NCBI GenBank assembly: GCA_963816355.1
Contig: CAWFKH010000003.1
Location: 352,001 to 416,000, forward strand
Reading direction: 5' to 3'
DNA from: an uncultured Gemmatimonadales bacterium
GTDB lineage: Bacteria; Gemmatimonadota; Gemmatimonadetes; Longimicrobiales; RSA9
Length of the DNA stretch: 64,000 bases
The notes below the pieces were generated by a model that did no database searches, had not been told where the DNA came from, and worked only from the letters and a program-made list of their open reading frames with translations. Below are positions 17,539 through 27,362 of the stretch, one piece after another. Made by a program: the position numbers and the translations under genes. How positions within the stretch are numbered: the stretch's first letter is position 1; each line of letters starts with the position of its first letter.

Positions 17539-19462
17539 CCTCCTGACCGATCTGGAGTCGGCGCGGATTCACGTCCGGATTCGCCTCCTTCAGCGCCGCC
17601 ACCTCCAGGCCGTAGCGGCGCGCAATGCTCTCGAAGGTGTCACCCCGCCGCACCGTATACGTGCGCGGACCGGCCGACGGCGCGGCCGCGCCGTCCGCGC
17701 CCGTGCCGGCCGCCGAAGCGCCGGCCGCACGCTGTCCTCCGGCGGGTGCGCCGGCCACCGGCGGCGAGGCCGCGGAGGGCGGACCGCCGCGTGCGGCGAG
17801 CGCGGGGGCGGGGAGCGGCCGGTCGAACCTCGCCAGACGCGACCCGATCGCGTCCTCGACGCGTTTGGCGCGCCATGTCGACGGCACGTCGTTGCTGATG
17901 ATGCTGAACGCGAGGCGCTCGCCATCCGCGGCGCGTACGTAGCCGGAGAGGGCGGAGACGCTGTCGATGGTGCCGGTCTTCGCGTGCAGGTTCCCTTCGG
18001 CCGGCGTGCGGTGCATGCGATGGAGGCCGAGGCCGCCCGCCTCCGGCAAGGTGGAGACGAAGGCGTCGAAGTACGGCGTGCCGCTCATGAACGCGAGCAG
18101 TCGCACGATCGTCGCGGCGTCCGTCCGGTCGAGGGTGGAGAGCCCGGAGCCGTCGACCATGCGGAGCGTCGGGTCGTCGACGCCGGCCTGCTCGCGCAGC
18201 AGCGACTCCACCGCGTTCCGACCCGCTTCGACGCTCCCCTCGCCGGCGGTGACGCGGCCGACGGTGCGCAGGATCTGCTCCGCGTACAGGTTGTGACTCC
18301 GCTTGTTGAGCACGGTCAGGATGTCGATCAGTGGCGGCGAGTGGTGCACGGCGAGGACCTGGAGCGGCGGCCGTCCGGTGAGGGCAGGGGCGAACACGCC
18401 GCGCCCGGTGATCGGCGACGCCTCGGGCGCGTGCACCTCGCTCGCCTCCCCGTCCACCGTGATGCCGCGGGCGCGCAGCACCTCGCCGAAGGTCAGCGCG
18501 GCGTAGCGCGCGGGGTCGGCCACGGGCACGGCCCGCCACACGGCGCTGCTCCCCTTCCGGATCTGGCCGGTCATGACGATCGGGCCGTCGTAAGCCGCGC
18601 GCGTCACCTCGACATGGGTCGCGCCGCGGGCGACGGTCGTCGCCTGGTTGACGAGGGCGATGCCGTCGCCGCCGGGCACGAGAAGGACCGCCGGGCGCCA
18701 GCCGGTCCGGGCGCCCGGCTCGATGCGCAGCGTGACCATCGCCTCGGCATAGGTGAGCGCGCTCGCCGGCGCCGCATACCATGCGTTCACGTAGTCGATC
18801 TTCCAGCCGCGGCCGAACGGCCGGCCGGAGAAGTAGGACGCGTCGCCGATCACGCGGCCGCGGATCTCCCGGATTCCTTTCGCGGCGAGCGTGTCCGCGA
18901 GCTCCTCCCACACCGCCGTCTTCGAGGGATAGAGGCGGTCGGAAATCGTGGGATCGCCGGTGCCGTAGAGGACGAGGTCGCCCTGCAGCACACCGTCGCG
19001 CACCGGTCCGGCGGCCGCCACGTACGTCTCGTAGCGGAAACCCGGACCGAGGTAGTAGAGCGCCGCCGCCGAGGTGAACAGCTTCAGGTTCGACGCCGGC
19101 GCCAGCGCCCGGCTCGACGCGTGATCGAAGAGCGTGTCGCCGCCGTCCAGCGACACCACGAGCACGCTCCAGCGGTCGCGGGGCCAGTGCGGCGATGCGA
19201 TCAGGCGCTCCAGCTCGGCGCGCAGCGCGGAAACCTCGCCGCCGGTGCGCTTCGCCGAGGCTCTGCCGGCGTGCGTCGTCGAGACGCTGCCGGCGTGCGT
19301 CGCCGCGGCCCCGCCGGCGTGCGTCGCCGCGGCCTCGCCGGGGCGTGTCGCCGTGGCCGGCGCGACCGTCGGCGCGGAGGGCGGTGCGTGCGCGTGCTCA
19401 CCGCTGGGCGCGGGGCCGAGGAGGGCCGCCAGCGCCAGCGCCGTGAAGGAGATTGATCGCAT
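17516..19462 (-). CDS. dacB: D-Ala-D-Ala carboxypeptidase/endopeptidase (PBP4, S13) with C-terminal LysM
   Basis: PASNLK (SxxK), SHN (SxN), DGSGLS, AKTGT; YTVRRGDT..IARRY..N..LQIGQ LysM. Confidence 0.93.
   Translation of the reverse strand: MRSISFTALALAALLGPAPSGEHAHAPPSAPTVAPATATRPGEAAATHAGGAAATHAGSVSTTHAGRASAKRTGGEVSALRAELERLIASPHWPRDRWSVLVVSLDGGDTLFDHASSRALAPASNLKLFTSAAALYYLGPGFRYETYVAAAGPVRDGVLQGDLVLYGTGDPTISDRLYPSKTAVWEELADTLAAKGIREIRGRVIGDASYFSGRPFGRGWKIDYVNAWYAAPASALTYAEAMVTLRIEPGARTGWRPAVLLVPGGDGIALVNQATTVARGATHVEVTRAAYDGPIVMTGQIRKGSSAVWRAVPVADPARYAALTFGEVLRARGITVDGEASEVHAPEASPITGRGVFAPALTGRPPLQVLAVHHSPPLIDILTVLNKRSHNLYAEQILRTVGRVTAGEGSVEAGRNAVESLLREQAGVDDPTLRMVDGSGLSTLDRTDAATIVRLLAFMSGTPYFDAFVSTLPEAGGLGLHRMHRTPAEGNLHAKTGTIDSVSALSGYVRAADGERLAFSIISNDVPSTWRAKRVEDAIGSRLARFDRPLPAPALAARGGPPSAASPPVAGAPAGGQRAAGASAAGTGADGAAAPSAGPRTYTVRRGDTFESIARRYGLEVAALKEANPDVNPRRLQIGQEVTVPGGP
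19241..19336. repeat. In-frame 24-bp tandem repeat (3 close copies + 1 degenerate) in the dacB N-terminal linker
   Basis: GCCGGCGTGCGTCG(C/T)CG.. at 19265, 19289 and 19313; encodes AAATHAGG-like octapeptides. Confidence 0.85.
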
Positions 19463-19601
19463 GCCGTGCCGCACTCCGCTCCTGGGATCGTCGGTTCGGG
19501 GACGGGTCGGGGGCGGCACGCCCACCGACGCCGGGCAAAACCGTGCAAGAGGAGGACCGGTCCGCTCGCCGCGGCGGCGACGTCACGCCTATATTGCCGA
19601 G

Positions 19602-19979
19602 ATGATCGTTGGTACCGGAATCGACGCCGTTTCGATCCCCCGCTTCCGCGCGTTCCTGGACCGCCGCGGGGAGCGTGCTCTGCGCAGGCTCTTCACGGCG
19701 CAGGAGGTTCGCTACTGCCTCGACCGCGGCGATCGCATCGCCTCGCTCGCGGCGCGCTTCGCCGCCAAGGAGGCGTTCTTCAAGGCGGTGGGCACCGGCT
19801 GGAGCCGCGGCGGCGCGTGGAGCGAGGTCGAGGTGATTCGCGACGCCGCCGGCCGCCCCGCTCTCCGCCTGCACGGCCGCGCCGACCGCGTCGCGGGCGG
19901 CCTCGGCGTCACGAACGCCCACGTCTCGCTCAGCCACACGGCCGACCTCGCGCTCGCGCACGTCCTTCTGGAGCGGTGA
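19602..19979 (+). CDS. acpS: Holo-[acyl-carrier-protein] synthase
   Basis: GTGID, LAARFAAKEAFFKA, HVSLSH. Confidence 0.95.
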   Translation: MIVGTGIDAVSIPRFRAFLDRRGERALRRLFTAQEVRYCLDRGDRIASLAARFAAKEAFFKAVGTGWSRGGAWSEVEVIRDAAGRPALRLHGRADRVAGGLGVTNAHVSLSHTADLALAHVLLER

Positions 19980-20212
19980 TGCGGCGGCGACGCGGCCACG
20001 GGCGCCCGGATCGCGGCCCGGTCCGTGCCGTCGGGTCGTCACTCTTGCGGCGCGGTGCGCGACCGGCCAGTATTCGGCAGCGAGCAGCCGGGGGGATCTC
20101 CGGCCCTCGCCCAGATACCGGGACCGAGCGAGGGCGCGCCGAGTGGGTGCGCCCTCTTGCGTTCGCGCCACGCCGGGAGAGGCGGGCCCATTTCAGATCC
20201 CAGGAGCCGAAG

Positions 20213-20803
20213 ATGTCCAAGTCCCTCCGCGTCCTCATCGCCGACGACGAGGCGCTCCACAACCTCGCCCTCACGAGCCACCTCGAGTCTCTCGGGCATC
20301 GCGTCGTCGCGACCGCCAAGAACGGCAGGGAAGCGGTCGTGATGGCGCGGGAGAACGACGTCGACCTCGCGATCCTCGACATCCGCATGCCCGTGCTCAC
20401 CGGGACCGAGGCGGCGCACCAGATCGCGGCCGAGCGCGCGATCCCGATCATCATCCTCTCCGCCTACAGCGATCAGCGCACCGTGGATCAGGCGAGCCGC
20501 TCGCCCATCTTCCACTACCTCGTCAAGCCGGTTGACGCCGACGACCTGGGTCCCGCCATCGCCGTCGCCCGCGCCCGCTTCGTCGAGTGGAACAGCGCTC
20601 GCGAGGAGCGCGATTCCTTGCAGCAGAAGCTCGAGGAGCGCAAGCTGGTCGAGCGCGCCAAGGGCCTGCTCATGGAGAATCGCGGCTTTTCCGAGAACGA
20701 GGCGTATCGATTCCTGCAGAAATCGAGTCAGGAGCGCAACACCCCGATGGTCGACCTCGCCCGCAAGATCGTGCTCGCCGCCTCCCTCATGCAGAATCAG
20801 TAG
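20213..20803 (+). CDS. REC-ANTAR response regulator (PdtaR/EutV type)
   Basis: IADDE, LDIRMP, YLVKP, RKLVERAKGLLM..SENEAYRFLQKSS; RBS AGGAG. Confidence 0.93.
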   Translation: MSKSLRVLIADDEALHNLALTSHLESLGHRVVATAKNGREAVVMARENDVDLAILDIRMPVLTGTEAAHQIAAERAIPIIILSAYSDQRTVDQASRSPIFHYLVKPVDADDLGPAIAVARARFVEWNSAREERDSLQQKLEERKLVERAKGLLMENRGFSENEAYRFLQKSSQERNTPMVDLARKIVLAASLMQNQ

Positions 20804-20816
20804 GACCCGCTCGGAC

Positions 20817-22040
20817 ATGGCTGGAAACGGAAAGCGCTCCGGGCCGCTCGACGGGGCGGCGCCGGCGGATGCCGCGGCCGGCGGCGAGGCCGCTGCCGCC
20901 GGAGCGGCGACGATCCTCGTCGTCGACGACGAGGTGCTGGTGCGCGAGACGCTCGCAGACCTGCTCGAAGCGGAAGGATACACCGTCATCGCGACGGCGA
21001 CGGGGGATCGCATCGAGGAGGTCCTCGCCCCCGTCGACCTCGTCCTCCTCGACGCGATGCTCCCCGGCCAGGACGGCTGGGATGTCTGCAGGGCGATCAA
21101 GGCCGCCGACCCGATGCTTCCCGTTCTGATGGTGACCGCCCGGACCTCGCCGCGCGACGTGATCCGGACCTTCGCCGCCGGCGCCGACGACTACATCGCG
21201 AAGCCGTTCAACGCGGCCGAGCTGTCGGCGCGCATCAGCACCCGGCTGCGCGTGCACCGGGCGGAGAAGGAGCTGCAGGCGGCGAACGCGCGCCTGCGCC
21301 AGCTCGCCGACCAGAACTATTCGCTCTACCAGAGGGCCCGTGCCGACGCGGAAGAGCGCGACGACCTGCTCCGAGAGCTCGATCACCGCGTGCGCAACAA
21401 CCTCTCCGTCATCCTCGGCCTCGTGACGATGGAGCGGAACCGGCGACCGGTGCGTGCCGCCGCCGGGACGCTGCTCAGCCTGGAGAACCGGCTACGCGCC
21501 TTCGTCGCCGTACACGAGAGCTTCCGGCGCAGAGGCTACGCCGGGGTGCTGGCGAGCGAGATCGTCGATGGCGTCGCGGAGCGGCTCAAGGCCGTGTTCG
21601 ATCCGGCCGACTGTGTCCACCTGGAGGTGCATTGCGCGGAGCTCGCCCTCAACGAGCGCCAGGCGTTCGCGCTCGCGCTCATCCTCAACGAGCTCGTCAC
21701 GAACGGCCTCCAGCACGCGTTTCCCGGGGGCCGTGGGGGCACCATCAGGATCGGGCTGCGGAGCTCGACGGACCGGGAGGCGGCGCGTCTGGAGGTGTGC
21801 GACGACGGCGTCGGCATTCAGGCCGGGATCGCGAGCCACGCCCTCGGCAGCGGGCGCTCGATCATCGAGGCGCTCGCGACCGCCGAGCTGGGCGGCGGCG
21901 TCACGTTCGATGCGCTCGAGTGCGGCACGCGCGCCATCGTCACCTTCGCCCCGGAGCCGATCGACGAGCGCGCCGAGGCGACGGCTCGCGGCCGCCGTCA
22001 AGAGGCGGCTCGTACCGCACCTCGGACCGCTTCCAAGTAG
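20817..22040 (+). CDS. REC + HisKA_2 + HATPase histidine kinase
   Basis: VVDDE, LLDAMLPGQDG, DDYIAKPF; ELDHRVRNNL; NELVTNGLQHAF, DDGVG. Confidence 0.9.
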   Translation: MAGNGKRSGPLDGAAPADAAAGGEAAAAGAATILVVDDEVLVRETLADLLEAEGYTVIATATGDRIEEVLAPVDLVLLDAMLPGQDGWDVCRAIKAADPMLPVLMVTARTSPRDVIRTFAAGADDYIAKPFNAAELSARISTRLRVHRAEKELQAANARLRQLADQNYSLYQRARADAEERDDLLRELDHRVRNNLSVILGLVTMERNRRPVRAAAGTLLSLENRLRAFVAVHESFRRRGYAGVLASEIVDGVAERLKAVFDPADCVHLEVHCAELALNERQAFALALILNELVTNGLQHAFPGGRGGTIRIGLRSSTDREAARLEVCDDGVGIQAGIASHALGSGRSIIEALATAELGGGVTFDALECGTRAIVTFAPEPIDERAEATARGRRQEAARTAPRTASK

Positions 22041-22072
22041 CGCTCCCCGGCAGTGCTTCCAGGTTGCGCTCC

Positions 22073-23521
22073 TCAGTAGCTGCCGAGGTAGCGCTCAACC
22101 TCCCACTCGTGGACCTGGGCGGTGTAGTCGCGCCACTCCTGTTCCTTCGCCGCGACGAAGTGCTCGACGACGTGCGAGCCGAGGATCTCGCGCATGAGCG
22201 AGCTGCGGCGGAGCAGGGCGACCGCCTCGCCGAGGTCCTGCGGCAGCTCGTGGATCTTGTAGCGTCGCCGCTCGCGGACGGAGAGCGTGAAGATGTTCTT
22301 GTCGACCGGATCCGGCGGCTCGATCCGTCGCCGCACGCCGTCGAGGCCGGCGCCGAGCTGGACCGCGAGCGCGAGGTAGGGATTGGCGGAGGGGTCCGGC
22401 ATGCGCAACTCGAGGCGCGTTCCGTCCTGCCGGCGCGCCGGTACGCGGATCATCGGTGAACGGTTCCGGTGCGACCAGGCGACGTTCACGGGTGCCTCGA
22501 AGCCCGGAACGAGCCGCTTGTAGCTGTTCACCAGAGGGTTCGTGATCGCGCAGTAGCTCCGGGCGTGCTTCAGCAGACCGCCCGCGTACCACCGCATCAC
22601 CTTCGAGATCTCGTCCGGCGCCGCCGCGTCGTAGAAGGCGTTTCCCGCTTCGCCGAACAACGACTGGTGCGTGTGCATGCCGGAACCGTTGATGCCGAAG
22701 ATCGGCTTCGGCATGAACGTGGCGTGCAGGCCGTGCTGCAGCGCTACGTTGCGCACGACGAACTTGAACGTCGCGATGTTGTCCGCCGTCTCGAGGGCGT
22801 CCGCGTAGCGGAAGTCGATCTCGTGCTGCCCCGGCGCCACCTCGTGATGCGCCGCTTCCACCTCGAAGCTCATCATCTCCAGCGCGTTCACGATGTCGCG
22901 CCGCGCCACCTCGCCCAGGTCCACGGGCGTCAGGTCGAAATAGCCGCCGGAATCGTGCGTGAGCCGCGTCGGCTTGTCCTCCGTGCCGCGATGGAAGAGG
23001 AAGAACTCCGCCTCCACACCCGCCATCATCCGGTATCCGAGCGCCGCCGCCGCCCGCATCTGCCGCCGCAGAACCTGTCGGGGGTCACCCGAAAACGGCT
23101 CGCCGTCCGCCGTCATCACATCGCAGATCACGCGCGCGATCCGGTTCTCGGGATCGCCCCACGGGAAGACCGCGTACGTCGTCAGGTCCGGCGCCAGCAG
23201 CATGTCCGACTCTTCGATCCGGACGAATCCCTCGATCGAGGAGCCGTCGAAGAGGATGTCCCCCGCCAGCGCCTTGTCGAACTGGCTCGCGGGGACCTCC
23301 ACGTTCTTCACCGCGCCGGTGATGTCCGTGAACTGCAGGCGAAGAAAGCGGACGCCGCTCTCCTTCAGATCGGCCCGCACCTCCTCGATGCTCCGACCCG
23401 GCCGCGGACGGCTCGAGGCGGCCCCTCGCTTCACCTTGTACTCGGGGTCCACCTCCCCCACCGGCCGCCGCGATCCGCCACCCGACCCGCGCCGAGACCG
23501 CTTCTTGCCTTCACTGCCCAT
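22073..23521 (-). CDS. glnA: Glutamine synthetase type I
   Basis: FDGSSI, EAEFFLF, HHEVAPGQHEI, FMPKP..NGSGMH, NSYKRL, ELRMPD. Confidence 0.96.
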   Translation of the reverse strand: MGSEGKKRSRRGSGGGSRRPVGEVDPEYKVKRGAASSRPRPGRSIEEVRADLKESGVRFLRLQFTDITGAVKNVEVPASQFDKALAGDILFDGSSIEGFVRIEESDMLLAPDLTTYAVFPWGDPENRIARVICDVMTADGEPFSGDPRQVLRRQMRAAAALGYRMMAGVEAEFFLFHRGTEDKPTRLTHDSGGYFDLTPVDLGEVARRDIVNALEMMSFEVEAAHHEVAPGQHEIDFRYADALETADNIATFKFVVRNVALQHGLHATFMPKPIFGINGSGMHTHQSLFGEAGNAFYDAAAPDEISKVMRWYAGGLLKHARSYCAITNPLVNSYKRLVPGFEAPVNVAWSHRNRSPMIRVPARRQDGTRLELRMPDPSANPYLALAVQLGAGLDGVRRRIEPPDPVDKNIFTLSVRERRRYKIHELPQDLGEAVALLRRSSLMREILGSHVVEHFVAAKEQEWRDYTAQVHEWEVERYLGSY

Positions 23522-23566
23522 GCCTCGTCGTCCATCTGAGGAAACCCGCCGCCGCCGCTCGACCCG

Positions 23567-23595
23567 AGCGTAGTCGCCCACCCACCCACGGTCAA
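23567..23595 (-). promoter_or_regulatory. Sigma70-type promoter of glnA
   Basis: TTGACC-17 bp-TACGCT on the minus strand. Confidence 0.65.
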
Positions 23596-23600
23596 GCACG

Positions 23601-23632
23601 AAAAAAGGGCCGGATCCCCCGGATCCCGCCCT
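23601..23632 (-). terminator. Intrinsic terminator after the Fur-family gene
   Basis: AGGGC-G-GGATCC-ggg-GGATCC-G-GCCC followed by T6. Confidence 0.8.
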
Positions 23633-23686
23633 CCACCATCGTTCCCGCCGGCCAACCGGCCCGCCGCCGCGACGTGCGGCGCCTCG

Positions 23687-24154
23687 CTATGCCGGCATCC
23701 GCTCCGCACCCGCGCCACACCCTTCGCAAACGCCCACGAGCTCCAGACGGTACCCCTCGACCGCGAAGCCGTCCACCGGTCCCAGCCGCCGTACCAGCGT
23801 CGGATCCAGTCGGCCGGGCACGTCCAGCACCGCGCCGCACTGCAGGCAACGCGCGTGGTGATGCGGGTCCGTACGGCCGTCGTAGCGCGCAGAACCGTCG
23901 CCGTACGTAAGCTTGCGCGCGAGACCGCACCCCACCAGCGTCTCCAGCGACTTGTACACCGTCGCCAGCGAGATGTCCGGGATCTCCGAACGCACCGACG
24001 TGAAGACATCGTCCGCCGTCGGGTGACTCGTCGTCCCCCGAAGGCAACGATACACCGCCGCCCGCTGCTCCGTGAAGCGCTGGCCACTCGACTCGAGCGC
24101 CCGCCGCAGCACGCCGTCGAGCTCCTCCACGCGGACCCCTTCGCCCGCCTTCAC
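23687..24154 (-). CDS. Fur-family transcriptional repressor (PerR-like)
   Basis: TEQR, HPTADDV, SLATVYKSL, HHHARCLQCG, CEGC; start chosen at the GTG with AGGAG (alternatives 24172, 24130). Confidence 0.9.
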   Translation of the reverse strand: MKAGEGVRVEELDGVLRRALESSGQRFTEQRAAVYRCLRGTTSHPTADDVFTSVRSEIPDISLATVYKSLETLVGCGLARKLTYGDGSARYDGRTDPHHHARCLQCGAVLDVPGRLDPTLVRRLGPVDGFAVEGYRLELVGVCEGCGAGAERMPA

Positions 24155-24213
24155 GACATCTCCTGCGTGCATTCCACCGCTCCCATGCTCGCCTGCCGGA
24201 CCTCTCGACCCTA

Positions 24214-24258
24214 AGCTTAACCGAGGCGCGGGAAGGCTGTCAATAGCAATTCTCACTT
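24214..24258 (-). promoter_or_regulatory. Promoter of the fur-family gene with an AT-rich candidate operator at the -35
   Basis: TTGACA-18 bp-TAAGCT; AGTGAGAATTGCTATTGAC overlaps the -35. Confidence 0.55.
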
Positions 24259-24274
24259 TCCAGAAGGACACGCC

Positions 24275-24718
24275 ATGGACCAGGACACGCGCGGGGCCGG
24301 CGTCGATACGCCGCCGCAGAGCGGCCCGGTGATCGTCGCGCTGGTGGCGGATCTGCTCTTCGCGTCACGCATCCGGGGGACCGCGGCGCTGGTGGGCGCG
24401 CGGGTGCAGGTGGTCCAGAAGGGGGCGGCGCTGTGGGACGCGGTGGAGCGGGCGAGGCCGGCGTTGGTGCTGGTGGATCTCGGGGCGCGGGAGGATGCCG
24501 TCGACGTGATACGGCGGCTGAAGGCGTCGCCGGGGCCCGCGGCGCCGCGCGTGGTGGCGTTCGGGTCGCACGTGGCGGAGGAGGCGTTGCGGGCAGCGCG
24601 TGACGCGGGAGCGGATCGCGTTCTTGCACGCTCGGCGTTCGTGCGGGTGCTGCCTTCGCTGTTGGCGGGAGAGCTGGACGGCGAGGACGCGCTCAGGCGG
24701 CGTCCGCCTCCTCCTTGA
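24275..24718 (+). CDS. Atypical single-domain receiver-like protein
   Basis: PALVLVDLG, VVAFGSHV, ARDAGADRVL; RBS AAGGA. Confidence 0.75.
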   Translation: MDQDTRGAGVDTPPQSGPVIVALVADLLFASRIRGTAALVGARVQVVQKGAALWDAVERARPALVLVDLGAREDAVDVIRRLKASPGPAAPRVVAFGSHVAEEALRAARDAGADRVLARSAFVRVLPSLLAGELDGEDALRRRPPPP

Positions 24719-25085
24719 GCTTGCAGTCGAGGCAGTAGCGAGCGTGGGGTAGCGCGTCAAGGCGCTCGAAGTCGATGAGCTTTCCACAGGCGTGGCAGAA
24801 GCCGAACTTCTCGGGCTCCTTGTACAGGCGGCGGAGCGCCTCCTCGATGCGATAGAGGTAACGGCCCTCCTTGCTGGCGAAGAGGAGCATCTTCTCGCGC
24901 TCCATCGCGTCGGTGCCGAGGTCGGCAATGTGGTCCGAATAGGAATACAGGTCGGAGTCGGCCTGCTCCGCGAAGACCTTGGCCAACTCGTCGAAGCGGC
25001 CGAGCGAACGGAGGGCACGCTCGCGCTCGCGCAGGAGCCGCTTCTGCAGGTGCTCGATCTGCTTCTTCGTGAGCTTCTTCGCCAT
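24693..25085 (-). CDS. dksA: DksA/TraR family C4 zinc-finger protein
   Basis: DHIADLGTD coiled-coil tip, CHACG..ERLDALPHARYCLDC. Confidence 0.88.
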   Translation of the reverse strand: MAKKLTKKQIEHLQKRLLRERERALRSLGRFDELAKVFAEQADSDLYSYSDHIADLGTDAMEREKMLLFASKEGRYLYRIEEALRRLYKEPEKFGFCHACGKLIDFERLDALPHARYCLDCKLKEEADAA

Positions 25086-25404
25086 CGCTACTAACGGCTG
25101 CCTTCCAAGGAGTCGGGGACCGGCATGAACGCCACGCCGGTGGCGAATCAGGCGTCCACATGGTTGCGGATCCAAACGTGAAAAGATAGCCGAGGCGGTG
25201 CGCTCCGACAACCCGAGCGCAGGGAGCGCGGTTCGCGTGCCGGGCTCCGCGCCTTCCGCCCCCTGGAGGAGGAAGTTCCGGCCGCCCGGCCGGCACGCAC
25301 GCGCTGCGTGCCCGTCGCGTGCCACGTGTGTCTTTGCGGGTCCCGGCAGGGGCGGACTATCTTGGCGGTCGAGTGCGGCGCGGAACCAATCCGGAGGTGG
25401 GTAC

Positions 25405-27354
25405 ATGTCCGCGAAGGAGCAGGCGTTCGAGGCGTTGTTGGAGGAGAGCAGGCGTTTCGAGCCGCCGGAGGAGTTCCGGCGCCAGGCGAACGCATCCGAC
25501 CCGGGGATCTACGAGGAAGCGCGGAAGGATCCGGAGTCGTTCTGGGCGGGCTGGGCGGAGCAGCTCGACTGGTTCACGCCGTGGAGCCGGGTGTTGCGCT
25601 GGGAGCCGCCGCAGGCGGAGTGGTTCGTGGGCGGCAAGCTGAACGCGTCCTACAACTGCCTGGACCGTCATCTCGACGGCGCGCGGCGCAACAAGGCCGC
25701 GCTGATCTGGGAGGGCGAGGGCGGGGATCGCCGGGTGTTCACGTACTGGGACCTCCACCGCGAGGTGTCGAAGTTCGCGAACGTGCTGAAGGGGCTGGGC
25801 GTGGGGAAGGGGGACCGGGTCGCGATCTACCTGCCGATGATCCCGGAGGCGGCGGTCGCGATGCTCGCCTGCTCGCGGATCGGCGCGCCCCACTCCGTCG
25901 TCTTCGGTGGCTTCTCGGCCGACAGCCTGCGCGACCGCATCAACGACGCGGAGGCACGGGTGCTGGTGACGGCGGACGGGGGATACCGCCGCGGGCGTCC
26001 GGTGGCGTTGAAGGAGAACGCGGATCGAGCGCTGGAGGACACGCCCTCGATCGAGAAGGTGGTGGTGGTGCGCCGGGGCGCGGGGCTCGATGCGCCGGTG
26101 CACATGAAGGAGGGGCGGGACCTCTGGTACCACGACCTGATGGAGCACGCCGCGGCGCGCTGCGAGCCGGAGCCGATGGACTCGGAGGACATCCTCTACA
26201 TCCTGTACACGTCCGGTACGACCGGAAAGCCGAAGGGCGTCGTCCACACCACGGGCGGCTACCTGACGCACGTCTACGCGACGACGCGCCTCGTCTTCGA
26301 CCTGAAGGAGTCGGACGTCTACTGGTGCACCGCGGACGTCGGCTGGGTGACGGGCCACAGCTACATCGTCTACGGACCGCTCGCGAACGGGGCGACGACG
26401 CTGATGTACGAGGGCGCGCCGGACTGGCCGGACCGCGGCCGCTTCTGGAGCCTGGTCGAGCGCTACGGCGTGAGCGTCTTCTACACGGCGCCCACGGCGA
26501 TCCGCGCCTTCATGCGCTGGGGCACGGAGTGGCCGGCGAAGGCGGACCTGTCGACGCTGCGTCTGCTGGGCACGGTCGGCGAGCCGATCAACCCGGAAGC
26601 GTGGATGTGGTACCACGAGCACATCGGGCACGAGCGCTGCCCGATCGTCGACACGTGGTGGCAGACGGAAACCGGCGGCATCATGATCACGCCGCTGCCG
26701 GGGATCACGACAACGGTGCCGGGCAGCGCGACGGTGCCGTTCCCCGGCGTGAGCGCGGACGTCCTGAACAACGAGGGGAACGCCGTACAGGCGGGCTACC
26801 TCGCGCTGACGCGGCCGTGGCCGGGCATGCTCCGGACCGTGTGGCGCGACGAGGAGCGCTTCCGCCAGCAGTACTGGTCGAAGTGGCCCGAGATCTACTT
26901 TCCGGGCGACGGCGCGAAACGCACCGACGACGGCTACTACTGGATCCTCGGCCGCGTCGACGACGTGCTCAACGTGGCCGGCCACCGCATTGGCACGATG
27001 GAGGTCGAGAGCGCGCTCGTCGACCACAAGAAGGTCGCCGAGGCGGCGGTCGTCGGGAAGGCGGACGAGATGAAGGGGCAGGCGATCGCCGCGTTCGTGA
27101 CGCTGAAGGAGGCGATCGAGCCGTCCGACGCGCTGAAGGAGGAGCTGCGTCAGCACGTCGCGGACAAGATCGGCGCGATCGCGCGCCCGGATGTGATCCT
27201 GTTCGCGGCGGACCTCCCGAAGACGCGCTCCGGCAAGATCATGCGCCGGCTGCTCCGCGACATCGCGGAAGGACGGGCGCTGGGTGACACGACGACGCTC
27301 GCGGACCCGGCGGTCGTCGCGCGCCTGAAGACGGAGTACGAGGGAAGGGAGTAG
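25405..27354 (+). CDS. acs: Acetyl-CoA synthetase
   Basis: [50 protein letters not shown]. Confidence 0.97.
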   Translation: MSAKEQAFEALLEESRRFEPPEEFRRQANASDPGIYEEARKDPESFWAGWAEQLDWFTPWSRVLRWEPPQAEWFVGGKLNASYNCLDRHLDGARRNKAALIWEGEGGDRRVFTYWDLHREVSKFANVLKGLGVGKGDRVAIYLPMIPEAAVAMLACSRIGAPHSVVFGGFSADSLRDRINDAEARVLVTADGGYRRGRPVALKENADRALEDTPSIEKVVVVRRGAGLDAPVHMKEGRDLWYHDLMEHAAARCEPEPMDSEDILYILYTSGTTGKPKGVVHTTGGYLTHVYATTRLVFDLKESDVYWCTADVGWVTGHSYIVYGPLANGATTLMYEGAPDWPDRGRFWSLVERYGVSVFYTAPTAIRAFMRWGTEWPAKADLSTLRLLGTVGEPINPEAWMWYHEHIGHERCPIVDTWWQTETGGIMITPLPGITTTVPGSATVPFPGVSADVLNNEGNAVQAGYLALTRPWPGMLRTVWRDEERFRQQYWSKWPEIYFPGDGAKRTDDGYYWILGRVDDVLNVAGHRIGTMEVESALVDHKKVAEAAVVGKADEMKGQAIAAFVTLKEAIEPSDALKEELRQHVADKIGAIARPDVILFAADLPKTRSGKIMRRLLRDIAEGRALGDTTTLADPAVVARLKTEYEGRE

Positions 27355-27362
27355 CGGCGCGA

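Noticed and set aside
23647..23681. Two hairpins before the fur terminator as an ANTAR target controlling glnA read-through
   Set aside because: Only one can be drawn with a G1/G4 hexaloop, neither overlaps the terminator arm, and glnA has its own promoter
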